Below, in pieces: positions 49,472 through 59,913 of a stretch of 64,000 nucleotides of DNA. Under the pieces are notes generated by a model. That model had not been told where the DNA came from, searched no databases, and saw only the letters and a list, made by a program, of their open reading frames with translations. Source of the DNA: Candidatus Hadarchaeota archaeon (lineage in GTDB: Archaea > CAYQAE01 > CAYVLA01); assembly GCA_964621445.1 (NCBI GenBank), contig CAZUNO010000014.1, forward strand, positions 1 to 64,000, written 5' to 3'. The position numbers and the translations under genes are program-made. Positions within the stretch are counted from its first letter, which is position 1. Every line of letters starts with the position of its first letter.

Positions 49472-50515
49472 CTAAGGGATCAGGATCTCTCTTCCCGATT
49501 CAGCTGATTTGTATATGGCCCCCATGATCTTCTGGAGGATCAGTCCTTCCTCCCCGGTAACCGGGGGTTGCTGGTCATTAGCGATGCAGTCAACGAATTT
49601 TCTTATCTCTATCTCGTGGGTGCTGGATTTCTTCTTAAGGAACACGGGCTGGGTATCCAGTAGTGTACGGTTTCTCTCCGAGAATATCTTAGGTGGGTCC
49701 AGGCTGCATCCGCCATCCGTACCCAGCAGCTGAACGTCGAAAACGTTCTTCTCAACGTTGGCGGCGAAGCTTGTTTCAAGGAACATACTGGCCCCGCTCT
49801 CGAACTTGATGAGGCCCAGCGCGTAGTCCTCCACGGTGAATTTTTCCGGATCCCACTGCCCCATGAGACCTATCACCCCCTTCCTGTTACCGAACTTGGT
49901 ATAAGCGGCACCGCTAACGGATACCGGCCGGGGATACCCCATTAGGTACATGGCGGCATCCATGACGTGTACGCCAACATCTACCAGGGGGCCTCCTCCC
50001 TGTTTGTCCTTCTCGATGAACACTCCCCACCCCGGTATGCCTCTTCTACGCAGGCACTGTGCCTTGGCGAAGTATATCTCGCCCATCTCACCTGCATCCA
50101 CGAACCTCTTCAGGGCCTGTATATCGGGCCTCCACCGGTAATTGAGTCCCACCATGAGATTTCCCGAGCTCTTACTGGCCGCGTCCACCATTGCCTGGGC
50201 CTCCTCCGCGTTCATGGCCATGGGTTTCTCCACCAGAACGTGCTTGTCTGCATTAAGTGCGTCCACGGTCGGACCCCTATGGGCGAAGTTCGGGGTGCAG
50301 ACGCTTACGGCATCGATCTCATCGATCTCCAGCAGGTCCTGATAATCAGTGAAGTATTGGGGAATATCGAATTTCGATGCCGCCTGTTTGGCTTTCTCCT
50401 CCACCACGTCGCAACAGGCGATGATCTTAGCATTTTCCAGTTTTTTATAACTGGGTATGTGCTGGCCTTGAGCGATTCCGCCACACCCGATTATTCCTAC
50501 CTTGACTTTCGTCAC
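49472..50515 (-). CDS. Gfo/Idh/MocA oxidoreductase
   Basis: GIIGCGGIA, EKPMA, GGGPLVDVGVH. GTG start after GGAG. Confidence 0.92.
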   Translation of the reverse strand: MTKVKVGIIGCGGIAQGQHIPSYKKLENAKIIACCDVVEEKAKQAASKFDIPQYFTDYQDLLEIDEIDAVSVCTPNFAHRGPTVDALNADKHVLVEKPMAMNAEEAQAMVDAASKSSGNLMVGLNYRWRPDIQALKRFVDAGEMGEIYFAKAQCLRRRGIPGWGVFIEKDKQGGGPLVDVGVHVMDAAMYLMGYPRPVSVSGAAYTKFGNRKGVIGLMGQWDPEKFTVEDYALGLIKFESGASMFLETSFAANVEKNVFDVQLLGTDGGCSLDPPKIFSERNRTLLDTQPVFLKKKSSTHEIEIRKFVDCIANDQQPPVTGEEGLILQKIMGAIYKSAESGREILIP

Positions 50516-50771
50516 CTGGATCTCCTGGGCTCCGGGGTGAGGGCGGGTATTTAAATCAGTTTTCGGTCCCAAAGCTGTTGGTTTTACGGTTTGCAGTATT
50601 GATCCCGTCGGTATTGGGCGGCTATCCTGAATTCCAGGCCTGTGTATTCATGACAATGTATTGATCAGGGGATGTCCGACTCGCACATATATAAACTATT
50701 GTCAAGCTAATATCTGCGATTCGTGGTCCAATTATGGGTCAGGTCTCGATTTAAGATCGGAGATTGATCTC

Positions 50772-51530
50772 TTGGCCGAGATATTGAGAGTTGAAAACCT
50801 GAAGGTCGAAGTTGAGGGTGAAGAGATACTCCACGGTGTGGATATTGGTATCGGGAAGGGGGAGACACATCTCCTTTTTGGGCCCAATGGTTCCGGTAAG
50901 ACCACCCTGCTCATGGCCATAATGGGCTTCCCTGCCTTTAAGATTACTCAAGGAAAGGTTTACCTCAATGGGGAGGACGTGACTGGCCTCCCCATAAACG
51001 AGAGGGCAGAGAGGGGTATCGGTATGTCCTTCCAGAGGCCGCCAACCATTCGGGGAGTTAGAACCAGGCGTTTGGTGGAGATATGCTCCCGGGGTAATGA
51101 GGATGTTGAGCAGCTGGCGGTCGATCTGAACCTGGAAAAGCATCTGGACCGGGATATAAACGATGGCTTTTCAGGCGGGGAGATAAAACGCGCTGAGCTG
51201 TTTCAGCTCCTGGCCCAGAACCCGGAAATGGTTCTGCTTGATGAACCGGAGTCGGGAGTCGATCTTGAAAACATGGCCCTTATCGGGGAGGGCATCAACC
51301 GCCTCCTTGGAAAGGACATGCCGTACCGGGAGAGAAAGGATAAGAATGGGCATTCGGCCCTGATAATAACCCACACCGGACATATACTGCAGTACGTCAC
51401 CGCCGATGTAGGGCATGTTCTCTGCTGTGGAGTTGTGGGCTGTAGCGGGAACCCTCAGGAGCTTCTGGCCGAAATAAGGAGAATGGGATACGAGGAGTGT
51501 ATTAAATGTCAAGTGAAAGCGATGAGCTGA
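50772..51530 (+). CDS. sufC: SufC-type ABC ATPase (SmsC-like)
   Basis: GPNGSGKT, FSGGE, LLDEPESG, ITH, and C-terminal Cys ...C...CIKC. Confidence 0.92.
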   Translation: MAEILRVENLKVEVEGEEILHGVDIGIGKGETHLLFGPNGSGKTTLLMAIMGFPAFKITQGKVYLNGEDVTGLPINERAERGIGMSFQRPPTIRGVRTRRLVEICSRGNEDVEQLAVDLNLEKHLDRDINDGFSGGEIKRAELFQLLAQNPEMVLLDEPESGVDLENMALIGEGINRLLGKDMPYRERKDKNGHSALIITHTGHILQYVTADVGHVLCCGVVGCSGNPQELLAEIRRMGYEECIKCQVKAMS

Positions 51531-52735
51531 GGAAAAGGGCCGAGGAGGCCCGTGACAAACCATCCGGCGTGGGCCCGGACATAGACATATCCCAATTTTC
51601 CCGAAGGGCCGGGGAGGTCCCGGAGGTAGAGGGAATACAGCAGATGGACGAGGAAGATAGGTCCCGTATGTTGCAGGTGGGCGTTACCTCCGAGCTCGAT
51701 AATAGATCTGGAACCGTAGTTCAGATTGACGACTCCATAGTATACTCGGGTAGCACCGAGGAAGGAGTCGAGGCCATGGGCATGAGCCAGGCGCTGGAGA
51801 AATATGAATGGCTCAGGGACTACTGGTGGGACGTGATGCCCGTTGACGCGGACAAGTACACCGCGGCCGTGGAGCTTGATTACGGCGGAGGCTATTTCAT
51901 AAGGGCCAAGAAGGGACACAAGGCCAAGATGCCGGTTCAGAGCTGTCTCTACCTGTCCACTGATTCCTCCTCGCAGAGAGTTCACAACATAGTGATGGTC
52001 GAGGAGGACGCGGAGCTACACGTGATAACCGGATGTGCAAATAGCAGGGATTTCGGCAGGGGACTCCACCTCGGGGTCTCCGAGTTTTACGTCAAGAAAG
52101 GAGGAAAGCTTAGCTTCACAATGATACATAACTGGGGACCGGAGGTCGCAGTCAGACCCCGGAGCGCAATGGTAATCGAGGAAGGGGCCAGCCTGGTGTC
52201 CAATTACATATGCCTCGAGCCCGCTGGCTCTCTCCAGATGTATCCCACGGCCTACCTGAGAGGCAAGAATTCCACGGCCAGGTTTTATTCCCTGCTGCTG
52301 GCCACCCCTGGATCGGAGCTGGATGTGGGTGGCAGGGCCAGGTTGGAGGCCAAAGGCGCCAGGGCCGAGATAATTTCCAGGGCAGTCTCCACGGGCGGAA
52401 ACATAGTGGCTCGGGGTGACCTGGTGGGCAGTGCCCCCAAGGTGAAGGGTCACCTGGAGTGTGACGGGTTGATTCTCTCCGAGAAGGGGAGGATCCACGC
52501 AGTTCCCGAGCTGGAGGGGGAGCTAGGCGACGTCGATCTCTCCCATGAGGCCGCCGTGGGAAAGGTTTCACAGGAGGAGATCGAATATCTAATGGCCCGA
52601 GGTCTGAGCGAGGACGAGGCGGCGTCGACCATCGTCAGGGGTTTCCTGGACGTCAAGATAGAGGGCCTTCCCAGCGAGCTGTCCTCTTATATCGAGAGCG
52701 TGGTTGAACAAAGCGAAGATAGAATCTCGATGTAG
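51506..52735 (+). CDS. sufB: SufB/SufD family Fe-S scaffold (SmsB-like)
   Basis: QRVHN, ITGC, GHLECDGL, AVPELE, SHEAAVGKV, EYLMARGL. Confidence 0.92.
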   Translation: MSSESDELRKRAEEARDKPSGVGPDIDISQFSRRAGEVPEVEGIQQMDEEDRSRMLQVGVTSELDNRSGTVVQIDDSIVYSGSTEEGVEAMGMSQALEKYEWLRDYWWDVMPVDADKYTAAVELDYGGGYFIRAKKGHKAKMPVQSCLYLSTDSSSQRVHNIVMVEEDAELHVITGCANSRDFGRGLHLGVSEFYVKKGGKLSFTMIHNWGPEVAVRPRSAMVIEEGASLVSNYICLEPAGSLQMYPTAYLRGKNSTARFYSLLLATPGSELDVGGRARLEAKGARAEIISRAVSTGGNIVARGDLVGSAPKVKGHLECDGLILSEKGRIHAVPELEGELGDVDLSHEAAVGKVSQEEIEYLMARGLSEDEAASTIVRGFLDVKIEGLPSELSSYIESVVEQSEDRISM

Positions 52736-52766
52736 AATTATATATAACAAAAAATTTAAAAAAGAT

Positions 52767-53753
52767 TTATTTATAAATTTCTATTGATTTTTTGTATCCC
52801 TCGACGGTTTGCTTAGCCGCCTGGTCATAGGTATATCGATCAAGGATATATTTTGCACGCTGAGGACCTTTTGAGCCGGGCTCTGCGAGTGCGTTCTCTA
52901 TTGCCTGGGCTATGCTTTCGGGGTCCAGACCACAGTAGTAGGCGTGGTCCCCGAAGTACTCCTTGGTGCTCCCCCGACGGGCCACCACTACCGGGGTCCC
53001 GCAGCTCGCCGCCTCCAGGGCCGCCAGTCCCGGGGTCTCGAAGTAGCTGGGTTGAACCAGGACCCTGGCCCTCCGCATTAGGTTGCTCAGGAATGAGCGG
53101 TCGGTGCGTGGTTCAAGGATTTGGTAGTCTATACCCGTCTTGTCAAGGAGGCGTTTGCACTTCCTGGCGTAGGTCATGGGATCGGGCTCGCCGATCAATA
53201 CCATCTTGGGATCACCGTCCAGGGTGGCCACGGCCCTTATGGCCTGGTGGAGGTTCTTTCTCAGCTCCCATCGACCCACGTAAAGGATATCGGAGTCCGG
53301 CACCTGGACCTCGGCAAGGTCAGGGAACTCGGATTCAACGGCGTTATGGACCACGGTGTAGGGCTTGGCTATCTCGAAGGTCCCGACCAGCGTTCCGTAC
53401 TCGCTGTAACTGTTTGGAAGCCAATAGTCAGGAAGGTTATAGATCTTCTTCAACCTCACGGGGTCCCTGTCTCCCCTGCCACCACCGAACTCGAAGCAGG
53501 GCCAGAAGATGGTCGAGAATGCAATGGGTGATCCCAGCTCCCTTGCGAATCGGAGGCGGCGCAGGGTCCGGGCGAACAGTATGTCATGGAATATGTGTAT
53601 GACATCGACCGGGGTGTGGACCTTCTTGGGGAAATTATTGTCCAGGGCGGGGATAACCTCAACGTATTCTCTAAGATGATCCATGGTGAGCTTTAGCTGG
53701 GTCTCGGAGCCCCCGATACCGGTTTTCCCTGCCACAAGTACCTTCATTATCAA
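52767..53753 (-). CDS. Glycosyltransferase family 4
   Basis: YVGRWELRKN, PSYFETPGLAALEAASCGTPVV. Confidence 0.9.
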   Translation of the reverse strand: MIMKVLVAGKTGIGGSETQLKLTMDHLREYVEVIPALDNNFPKKVHTPVDVIHIFHDILFARTLRRLRFARELGSPIAFSTIFWPCFEFGGGRGDRDPVRLKKIYNLPDYWLPNSYSEYGTLVGTFEIAKPYTVVHNAVESEFPDLAEVQVPDSDILYVGRWELRKNLHQAIRAVATLDGDPKMVLIGEPDPMTYARKCKRLLDKTGIDYQILEPRTDRSFLSNLMRRARVLVQPSYFETPGLAALEAASCGTPVVVARRGSTKEYFGDHAYYCGLDPESIAQAIENALAEPGSKGPQRAKYILDRYTYDQAAKQTVEGYKKSIEIYK

Positions 53754-53834
53754 TAATTTTTCTTTGTGCCCACAAAAAACTTGGGATAGTGCTTGGCCTG
53801 GGCCAGGTTATCGAAGAGCGGTTACTGGGACGGA

Positions 53835-54239
53835 TTAAGGCTGTTGATTCTCAAGGGCGGCTTTCTTGGCCAGCTCATGGGCACGGTTTTGGTCGGATGA
53901 AACGTGGGACATCTCCACCGAATCGAATCCCTCCAGGAGATCAAGGCACCGCCTGTTTAGCGGTTTGAGGTGATTTTTTCGGACCCGGTAATCACCCTTT
54001 ATCTGTTTTAGCACCAGCAAACTATCGGTCTTCACCGAGATGTCCTTGGCCCCAAGTTTGCTCGCCCTCTCCAGACCCAGAATCATGGCCTGGTACTCGG
54101 CCACATTATTGGTGGTCGTACCAAGTCTCTTCTTTCCCCTCTCGATTTCCTCTCCGTCAAGGGATATTATATAGCCGGCCCCGGCCTTTCCCGGATTGCC
54201 CCTGGACGCTCCATCGATTTCAACGGTCAGACGGGGCAA
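53835..54239 (-). CDS. rnhA: Ribonuclease HI
   Basis: DGASRGNPG, TNNVAEY, TDS. Confidence 0.92.
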   Translation of the reverse strand: MPRLTVEIDGASRGNPGKAGAGYIISLDGEEIERGKKRLGTTTNNVAEYQAMILGLERASKLGAKDISVKTDSLLVLKQIKGDYRVRKNHLKPLNRRCLDLLEGFDSVEMSHVSSDQNRAHELAKKAALENQQP

Positions 54240-54253
54240 GGATCAGATCCCCT

Positions 54254-55363
54254 CTAGATCTTGCCGTGGTGTGAATCTATTATCTTGGATCTCTCCTTTC
54301 GGAGCTCCCTCTCAATCCTCTTCAACGCGGTCTGGCATACGGTTAGCAGGTCCCATCCCTCCGCCTGGGCCACGTGCTGGTCGGGAACCGGGAAGGAGAC
54401 CTTTACTTCATATCTCTTCCTCTTGGACCCCTGGTGGTGGTAACTCTTGACGGTGAGCTTTGGGGTCTCGACGTTTTGCCATCGGCTGGAGATCTTTCCC
54501 GCCATGGCCCTGAGATCCGAAATGACCTTGTCGGCAACCATGGGATCCTCACCCTCCAGGCCCTTGACCTGGACTGGAATCTTTGATTCCTCTCTGGTAG
54601 CAGTTAGGATGCTATGTATATTCAGTTGGCCGAGTATCTCCTCGTCCTCCACGATGGTGATCTCGTTCAGCTTGCTAGAGCACATCATAGCCACCACGTC
54701 ATGGACGCCGGTCCCGACTTCTATCCTACTTCCGTCCTCCTTTGCTAGGGTCTTTGCCGGGTTTCTGAGGGGGTGATCCTTCTCCCCAACGAATTCTCCA
54801 GTGCCTCTAACCCCCTTTTCGGGGGAGATCATGTACCTATGTATGCTGGAGAAGGAGATCCAACCCACTAGGTCACCGCTTCCCTCCACCAGAGGTATTG
54901 ATTCGAGGTCGTTCTGTCTGAGGGCGGTTCCTGCCTCGGATATGGAGACATCGGATGAGATAGGGGGCACTATCTGATCGCTAATTTCCTCAACCGATAT
55001 GCCTCTTATGGAGCGGTCCTGAAAGGCCAGATCTCGGGCCAGTACAGCGCCCTGGAATTCGTCCTTATCGATTACTGGAAGTATATCGCACCTGGATTGT
55101 ACGGTGCGGGCGATTGCATCCTTTATGCTCTCCGACTTTTCCAGAACCGGGGGGTGGGAGATGAGACGCCCTGCCTTGGTTTCGGGTGATAGTGGGGGAC
55201 GGAGCAGTTGGGATCTCATTACATTTCCCACGAAGGTGTTGCCGTCCCGAACGAGGGCTGCGTTACACCTCGTTCTGGTTATGAATTGGGCGATCCTATT
55301 GATGGTATCCTCGGGTTGGACAAGAGGTATCTTGGTTCGCGTTAGAGATTCGACATTTGGCAT
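54254..55363 (-). CDS. Four-CBS-domain protein with C-terminal HPF/RaiA-like domain (candidate ribosome hibernation factor)
   Basis: CBS repeats, KGxRGTGEFVGEK loop, and C-terminal KSYHHQGSKRKRYEVKV...AEGWDL...ALKRIEREL. Confidence 0.75.
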   Translation of the reverse strand: MPNVESLTRTKIPLVQPEDTINRIAQFITRTRCNAALVRDGNTFVGNVMRSQLLRPPLSPETKAGRLISHPPVLEKSESIKDAIARTVQSRCDILPVIDKDEFQGAVLARDLAFQDRSIRGISVEEISDQIVPPISSDVSISEAGTALRQNDLESIPLVEGSGDLVGWISFSSIHRYMISPEKGVRGTGEFVGEKDHPLRNPAKTLAKEDGSRIEVGTGVHDVVAMMCSSKLNEITIVEDEEILGQLNIHSILTATREESKIPVQVKGLEGEDPMVADKVISDLRAMAGKISSRWQNVETPKLTVKSYHHQGSKRKRYEVKVSFPVPDQHVAQAEGWDLLTVCQTALKRIERELRKERSKIIDSHHGKI

Positions 55364-55524
55364 CCATTATCCCGTTCCTTACTTGATCCCTCGGTCCTTA
55401 CATATAGTGTATAAAGCCATATGATACCGGAAGACAAGGGACCTAATGCAAATTCTCACCATGGAATTAAACTAATTCCCTTTTCCGGGGCCTCTGCAGT
55501 TCTGGGAACCTCCCATATGGACGG

Positions 55525-56442
55525 TTAGATTTCTTCACGTGAACGGAAGAGGTAACCCAGGATCTTATAGATCAGCCTGGCCGCAAGGAACTGGCTCCTG
55601 TTATCCCCCTGTATGGGGTTCAGTTCGACCAGGTCGACTGCCACTAGGTTGCATTCCTGGACGATCCGCCTTATCCTCGGTAGCAGATCATCGTAATGGG
55701 GCCCCGAGGGTTCAGGAGTTCCCACGGCGGGAAGGTCAGCTGGGTTGAAGACGTCCAGGTCTATTGAGAGGTGGAGGGGGCGTTCCGGTTCCGATAACAC
55801 CGATTCCAGTGCCCTGTCCATGGATTTCAGGTTCGGCCTCCTGGGCTGGCTCTCCTTCCAAAAATGGACCATCAGATCGTTTTCACGTATGAGATCCCAT
55901 TCCTCCCGGCTACATGAACGAACCCCGACCACGGTGAGGTTCCTTGTGGCCTCCCACATCCGGCGCACCGTGCACGCATGGCTGAAGGTGGAGCCCTCGT
56001 AGCTGTCCCGGAGGTCGGAGTGAGCATCCAGGCAAAGAACCCCCAGGTCTTCATGAACCTCCTTCGCAGAGAAGGTTACGGGCACTGAGACCGTATGCTC
56101 CCCGCCCAGTACGATTGGTAGTTTCCCTTTCCGGAGGAGGCCTGACAGGACTGTGCTCACCCTATCGATGGTTTTCCGGACATTGCCCCTCACCGGTTCA
56201 ACGCCGCTCATGGTGTGTATTCCCAGGTCCACAGGTGAACATTCCAGCTCGTGGTCGAATAGCTCCATGAATCGTGAGGCATCAATTATGGATTCCGGTC
56301 CGTAACGTGCACCCGGCCGGTATGACTGGGTTGAATCGAAGGGGACGGGGATGATCACCGCCTTTGCCTCCTGAAGGGGCGGGTTCCTGACACCACAGAA
56401 GGTGAAGGGGGGCCACTTGGGGACGTATTTGTCCTGAGTCAT
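55525..56442 (-). CDS. speB: Agmatinase
   Basis: GARYGP, LGGEH, DAHSD, SHAC, SIDLDVFNP, GTPEP. Confidence 0.92.
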   Translation of the reverse strand: MTQDKYVPKWPPFTFCGVRNPPLQEAKAVIIPVPFDSTQSYRPGARYGPESIIDASRFMELFDHELECSPVDLGIHTMSGVEPVRGNVRKTIDRVSTVLSGLLRKGKLPIVLGGEHTVSVPVTFSAKEVHEDLGVLCLDAHSDLRDSYEGSTFSHACTVRRMWEATRNLTVVGVRSCSREEWDLIRENDLMVHFWKESQPRRPNLKSMDRALESVLSEPERPLHLSIDLDVFNPADLPAVGTPEPSGPHYDDLLPRIRRIVQECNLVAVDLVELNPIQGDNRSQFLAARLIYKILGYLFRSREEI

Positions 56443-56528
56443 GGTTGCATATATTCTGATTCGCCCATAAATCTGCTTCTGGTAGCCAGGGCTCAACGGA
56501 ACACCTTTTTATCGATAAGAAGGGCAGC

Positions 56529-58148
56529 GTGTTCATGGTCGATGTTAGTCCCGAGCAGGTCAAGGTACAAGGAGTGGCCGACCCAACGATTTACGAGGAT
56601 TACGCAGAAAGGGAGCTTAGAAGGTGGCTGGAGGGGATCGCCGACCAGGATGACCCCACCAGTAAGCAGGCCGTAATTCAACTGGTGGCAGATGGTTCAC
56701 TTTCCGGTGAGGAGTTCTCGATAATCCCGGCAGAGTATGGTATCAGGATATCCGGAGGAAGACCCCGGGGGGTGCTTTACGGGGTGTACGAGTTCCTTGA
56801 CCGTTATGGAGGGGTCAGGTGGCTCAGTCACGATTGTACACATACGCCCGATAAGGGGATCCTTTCGATCCCTGAACCCGGTATCTGCTTTGAGCCGCTT
56901 CTATCATACAGGGAACCCTACATTACCGAGGCCTTTGACGGTGACTGGTCGGCCAGGAACAGGATGAACTCAAACAGGGCCGATCTCCAGGACTATCACG
57001 GGGGAAAGATAACCTATGCGGGATTCGTTCACACATTCAACAAGCTAGTCCCGCCCGAGGAATATTTCTCCTCTCACCCCGAGTACTTCTCGGAGTTGGA
57101 CGGGGAGAGGATCTCGGAAAAGACCCAGCTCTGCCTAACTAACCCCGATGTGGTGCGCATTGCCGCCCAGAGGGCCATATCTTGGCTGAGGGAGAATCCC
57201 CAGGCGGACATCGTCTCCGTAAGCCAGAATGATTGGCGAAATCCCTGCCAGTGTAGGGAGTGTTCCAGGATTGACGAGGAGGAGGGAACGCATGCCGGCT
57301 CTCTTTTGCATTTCGTGAACCGCGTTGCCGAAAGGATCGAGGAGGAGTTCCCGGATAAGTTGGTTGACACCCTGGCCTATCAGTACACCCGCAAGCCGCC
57401 CAGGAACATCAGGCCCAGAAAAAACGTGGTGGTTCGGCTGTGCAGCATCGAATGCTGCTTCTCGCACCCTCTGGCCGAGTGCCCGGAAAACAGGGAATTC
57501 AGAACCGATACCCAGGGATGGTCGAGGGTGGCTCATACCCTTCACGTTTGGGATTATGTCACCAACTTCAGGCATTATCTCATGCCCTTCCCAAATCTGA
57601 GGGTCCTTCAGCCTAACGTGAGGTTCTTCGCCTACAACAGCGTGAAGGGCATATTCGAGGAGGGCAACTACTCCGATGGAGGCGGGGGAGCATTCGCAGC
57701 CCTGAAGTCATATCTCCTCTCCCGGATATTGTGGAAACCTTACTGTGATCTGGAGTCGGCGATGGAGGAGTTCACCGAGGGATACTATGGGGAGGCAGGA
57801 AAGGGTGTCAGGGAGTACATCGATTTGCTTCACGACGACGTGGAGAGCAAGGGAGTACACGTAAGGATATACGATGACCCGGATCACTTCCTGGACATGG
57901 ATATGATAGATAACTACGAATCCATCATCCAGGATGCGGAGAAGAAGTGCCGGAACCCCGACGAAAAGGCCAGGGTCAGGAAGGTGCGACTTCCACTAGC
58001 CTATTCCAGGATGTTCCTGATGGAAGAGGGTGACCAGAAGCGAAGGTTGATGCGTGAATTTGTCGAGGAGTGCAGGGCATTGGGGATTACCGAGGTTTCC
58101 GAGAGGAAGTCGGTGGGCGAGTTCGACAAAAGAGTAGAAAACCAATAG
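56529..58148 (+). CDS. DUF4838-like protein (GH20/GH67 N-terminal domain plus barrel)
   Basis: RGVLYGVYEFL, HTF...HPEYF, QLCLTNP, SQND, TLAY, WDY. Confidence 0.78.
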   Translation: MFMVDVSPEQVKVQGVADPTIYEDYAERELRRWLEGIADQDDPTSKQAVIQLVADGSLSGEEFSIIPAEYGIRISGGRPRGVLYGVYEFLDRYGGVRWLSHDCTHTPDKGILSIPEPGICFEPLLSYREPYITEAFDGDWSARNRMNSNRADLQDYHGGKITYAGFVHTFNKLVPPEEYFSSHPEYFSELDGERISEKTQLCLTNPDVVRIAAQRAISWLRENPQADIVSVSQNDWRNPCQCRECSRIDEEEGTHAGSLLHFVNRVAERIEEEFPDKLVDTLAYQYTRKPPRNIRPRKNVVVRLCSIECCFSHPLAECPENREFRTDTQGWSRVAHTLHVWDYVTNFRHYLMPFPNLRVLQPNVRFFAYNSVKGIFEEGNYSDGGGGAFAALKSYLLSRILWKPYCDLESAMEEFTEGYYGEAGKGVREYIDLLHDDVESKGVHVRIYDDPDHFLDMDMIDNYESIIQDAEKKCRNPDEKARVRKVRLPLAYSRMFLMEEGDQKRRLMREFVEECRALGITEVSERKSVGEFDKRVENQ

Positions 58149-58149
58149 A

Positions 58150-58335
58150 TAAGAGAATATATTGTAATATACAAATATACAAAAAATTGTTAGCAAATAA
58201 AACCATGAGACGAATTTGGGATTCAAAGGCAAATATACGTGTCGAAAAATGCGTTAAAATATTTCGTGTAAAACATTGGGATAACACTAATTTTAAACAA
58301 AACCACTTTATTTTCATAACAAATACATATATACT
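58150..58335. other. Strongly AT-rich non-coding tract
   Basis: About 190 bp of A-tracts and TATA-like motifs contrasting with the GC-rich flanking genes. Confidence 0.6.
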
Positions 58336-58532
58336 GGATCCCAAGGGACTTCGCGGTCGGCTTCCATTTTTAATCAGGAAAGGGGAACATAGGGGATTCT
58401 TCTCAGGCGACCTCTACCTGATTTCCTTGGGGTCTACTTATTTTCACTTCCCGGCCCGGTAATAGGGAAAGATTCAAAACTGAACCCTTTTAGGGGAGTC
58501 CGAATCGAAGCTAGAGTCGAGAGTGCGTTGAT

Positions 58533-59594
58533 ATGTCACTAGAGGTCACGGTCGTAGGAGTGGGTATGGTGGGGGATCGGATCCTATCCATACTCAAGGA
58601 AAGGGATTTTCCCATGGAATGGCCCCCCGTGGTTTGCGCCACCCACGAGAGGGAGGAGGAACTCGCCGGGGAGACCGTATTGGTCGAGGAGACCGATGAG
58701 GATAGCTTCAAGGACGCCGACGTGGTTTTCTTCGCTGGAAGGGAGGGTGCGAAGGGCGCCAGCGTAATGTGGCGGGAAAGCGCGGAGAGGGCCGGAGCCA
58801 TAAGCATCGATAACGGTTCGGATTTCCGAATGGATCCCGCGGTTCCCCTGGTGGTCCCCGAGGTTAATATGGATGCCGTTTCGGAGGAGGACCGATTCAT
58901 CTCCAGTCCTAACTGCTCAACCATACCCATGGCCATGATTATCTCCTGTCTGGAGGCGGAGACCGAGGTGGAGAGGGTGGTTGTTTCAACCTACCAGAGC
59001 GTGTCCGGGTGGGGGGTCAAGGCCAACCAGGAACTGATGAACCAGCTGCCCTACGCCATGGAATCGAAGGAGGATATCCCCTTCGACCCCACCGTACTGG
59101 CGCAGCCCATAGTCTTCAATTACATTCCCCACATAGACAGCTTCAAGGAGACCGGTTACACCAAGGAGGAAATGAAGATGGTTCATGAAACCCAGAAGAT
59201 CCTGGGGAATGAATCAGTGGCCATCAGTCCCACTACGGTGAGAGTCCCGGTCCCCATAGGTCACGGCGAGAGCATCAACCTGGAGATGAGGGATGGTATC
59301 GATGCCGATGAGGCGCGTGACCTGCTATCGAATTTCCCAGGGATTACGGTGGTCGATGAACCAAACCCCGATAATCCGCGAAATGATCCCCTGGAAAGGA
59401 CCTATCCGACGGCCCGTGACCTCAGTAAGCCCCAATACAGGGACGATGTCCTGGTGGGCCGGATCAGGAATGATCCAACTGTTGAAAACGGGATCAATCT
59501 ATGGTGCGTCTCCGATAACCTGAGAAAGGGCGCCGCTCTCAATGTAATTCAGATAGCCGAGGCACTAATAGATAGGGAAACCCTCAGTCCCTAG
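58533..59594 (+). CDS. asd: Aspartate-semialdehyde dehydrogenase
   Basis: DNGSDFRM, VVPEVN, PNCST, STYQSVSG, VRVPV..GHGES, DNLRKGAALN. Confidence 0.95.
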   Translation: MSLEVTVVGVGMVGDRILSILKERDFPMEWPPVVCATHEREEELAGETVLVEETDEDSFKDADVVFFAGREGAKGASVMWRESAERAGAISIDNGSDFRMDPAVPLVVPEVNMDAVSEEDRFISSPNCSTIPMAMIISCLEAETEVERVVVSTYQSVSGWGVKANQELMNQLPYAMESKEDIPFDPTVLAQPIVFNYIPHIDSFKETGYTKEEMKMVHETQKILGNESVAISPTTVRVPVPIGHGESINLEMRDGIDADEARDLLSNFPGITVVDEPNPDNPRNDPLERTYPTARDLSKPQYRDDVLVGRIRNDPTVENGINLWCVSDNLRKGAALNVIQIAEALIDRETLSP

Positions 59595-59681
59595 ATAGGT
59601 AACCAATAAGCGTTCAAACACCAGTTCCTAGTGTAACGTTTAAGAATTGCTCCACTTTTGAGTTTTTCGAGGTGACTTTAA

Positions 59682-59870
59682 GTGAAGGCAGTGGTAGATG
59701 AGGAACTTTGTACGGGATGTGAACTCTGCGTTGAAACTTGTCCAGAGGTATTCGAGATGAAAGGAGACGTCAGCGTGGCAATTGTGGATGTCGTACCCGA
59801 GGATGCCGAGGACTGTGCCGAACAGGCGGCGGAGGAATGTCCCGTTCAGGCCATCGTAATAGAGGAGTAG
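59682..59870 (+). CDS. Single-cluster ferredoxin
   Basis: CTGCELC...CP...CPVQAI. GAGGTGA RBS. Confidence 0.92.
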   Translation: MKAVVDEELCTGCELCVETCPEVFEMKGDVSVAIVDVVPEDAEDCAEQAAEECPVQAIVIEE

Positions 59871-59913
59871 ATGGCCCAAACGGAAAATCAGTTGATCTTC
59901 AATTATTCTAAAC

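Noticed and set aside
52853-53602. Long antisense or alternative-frame ORFs (e.g. 249 aa here, 266 aa at 41295-42095)
   Set aside because: They shadow well-supported genes, as expected in GC-rich coding DNA, and carry no motifs.
53835-54239. RNase HI has His (RAHELA) at the position of the fourth acidic residue
   Set aside because: The three essential carboxylates are intact and this last position is the most tolerant, so it is not evidence of a new function.
58150-58335. Possible replication origin
   Set aside because: No ORB repeats and no adjacent cdc6/orc1 gene.
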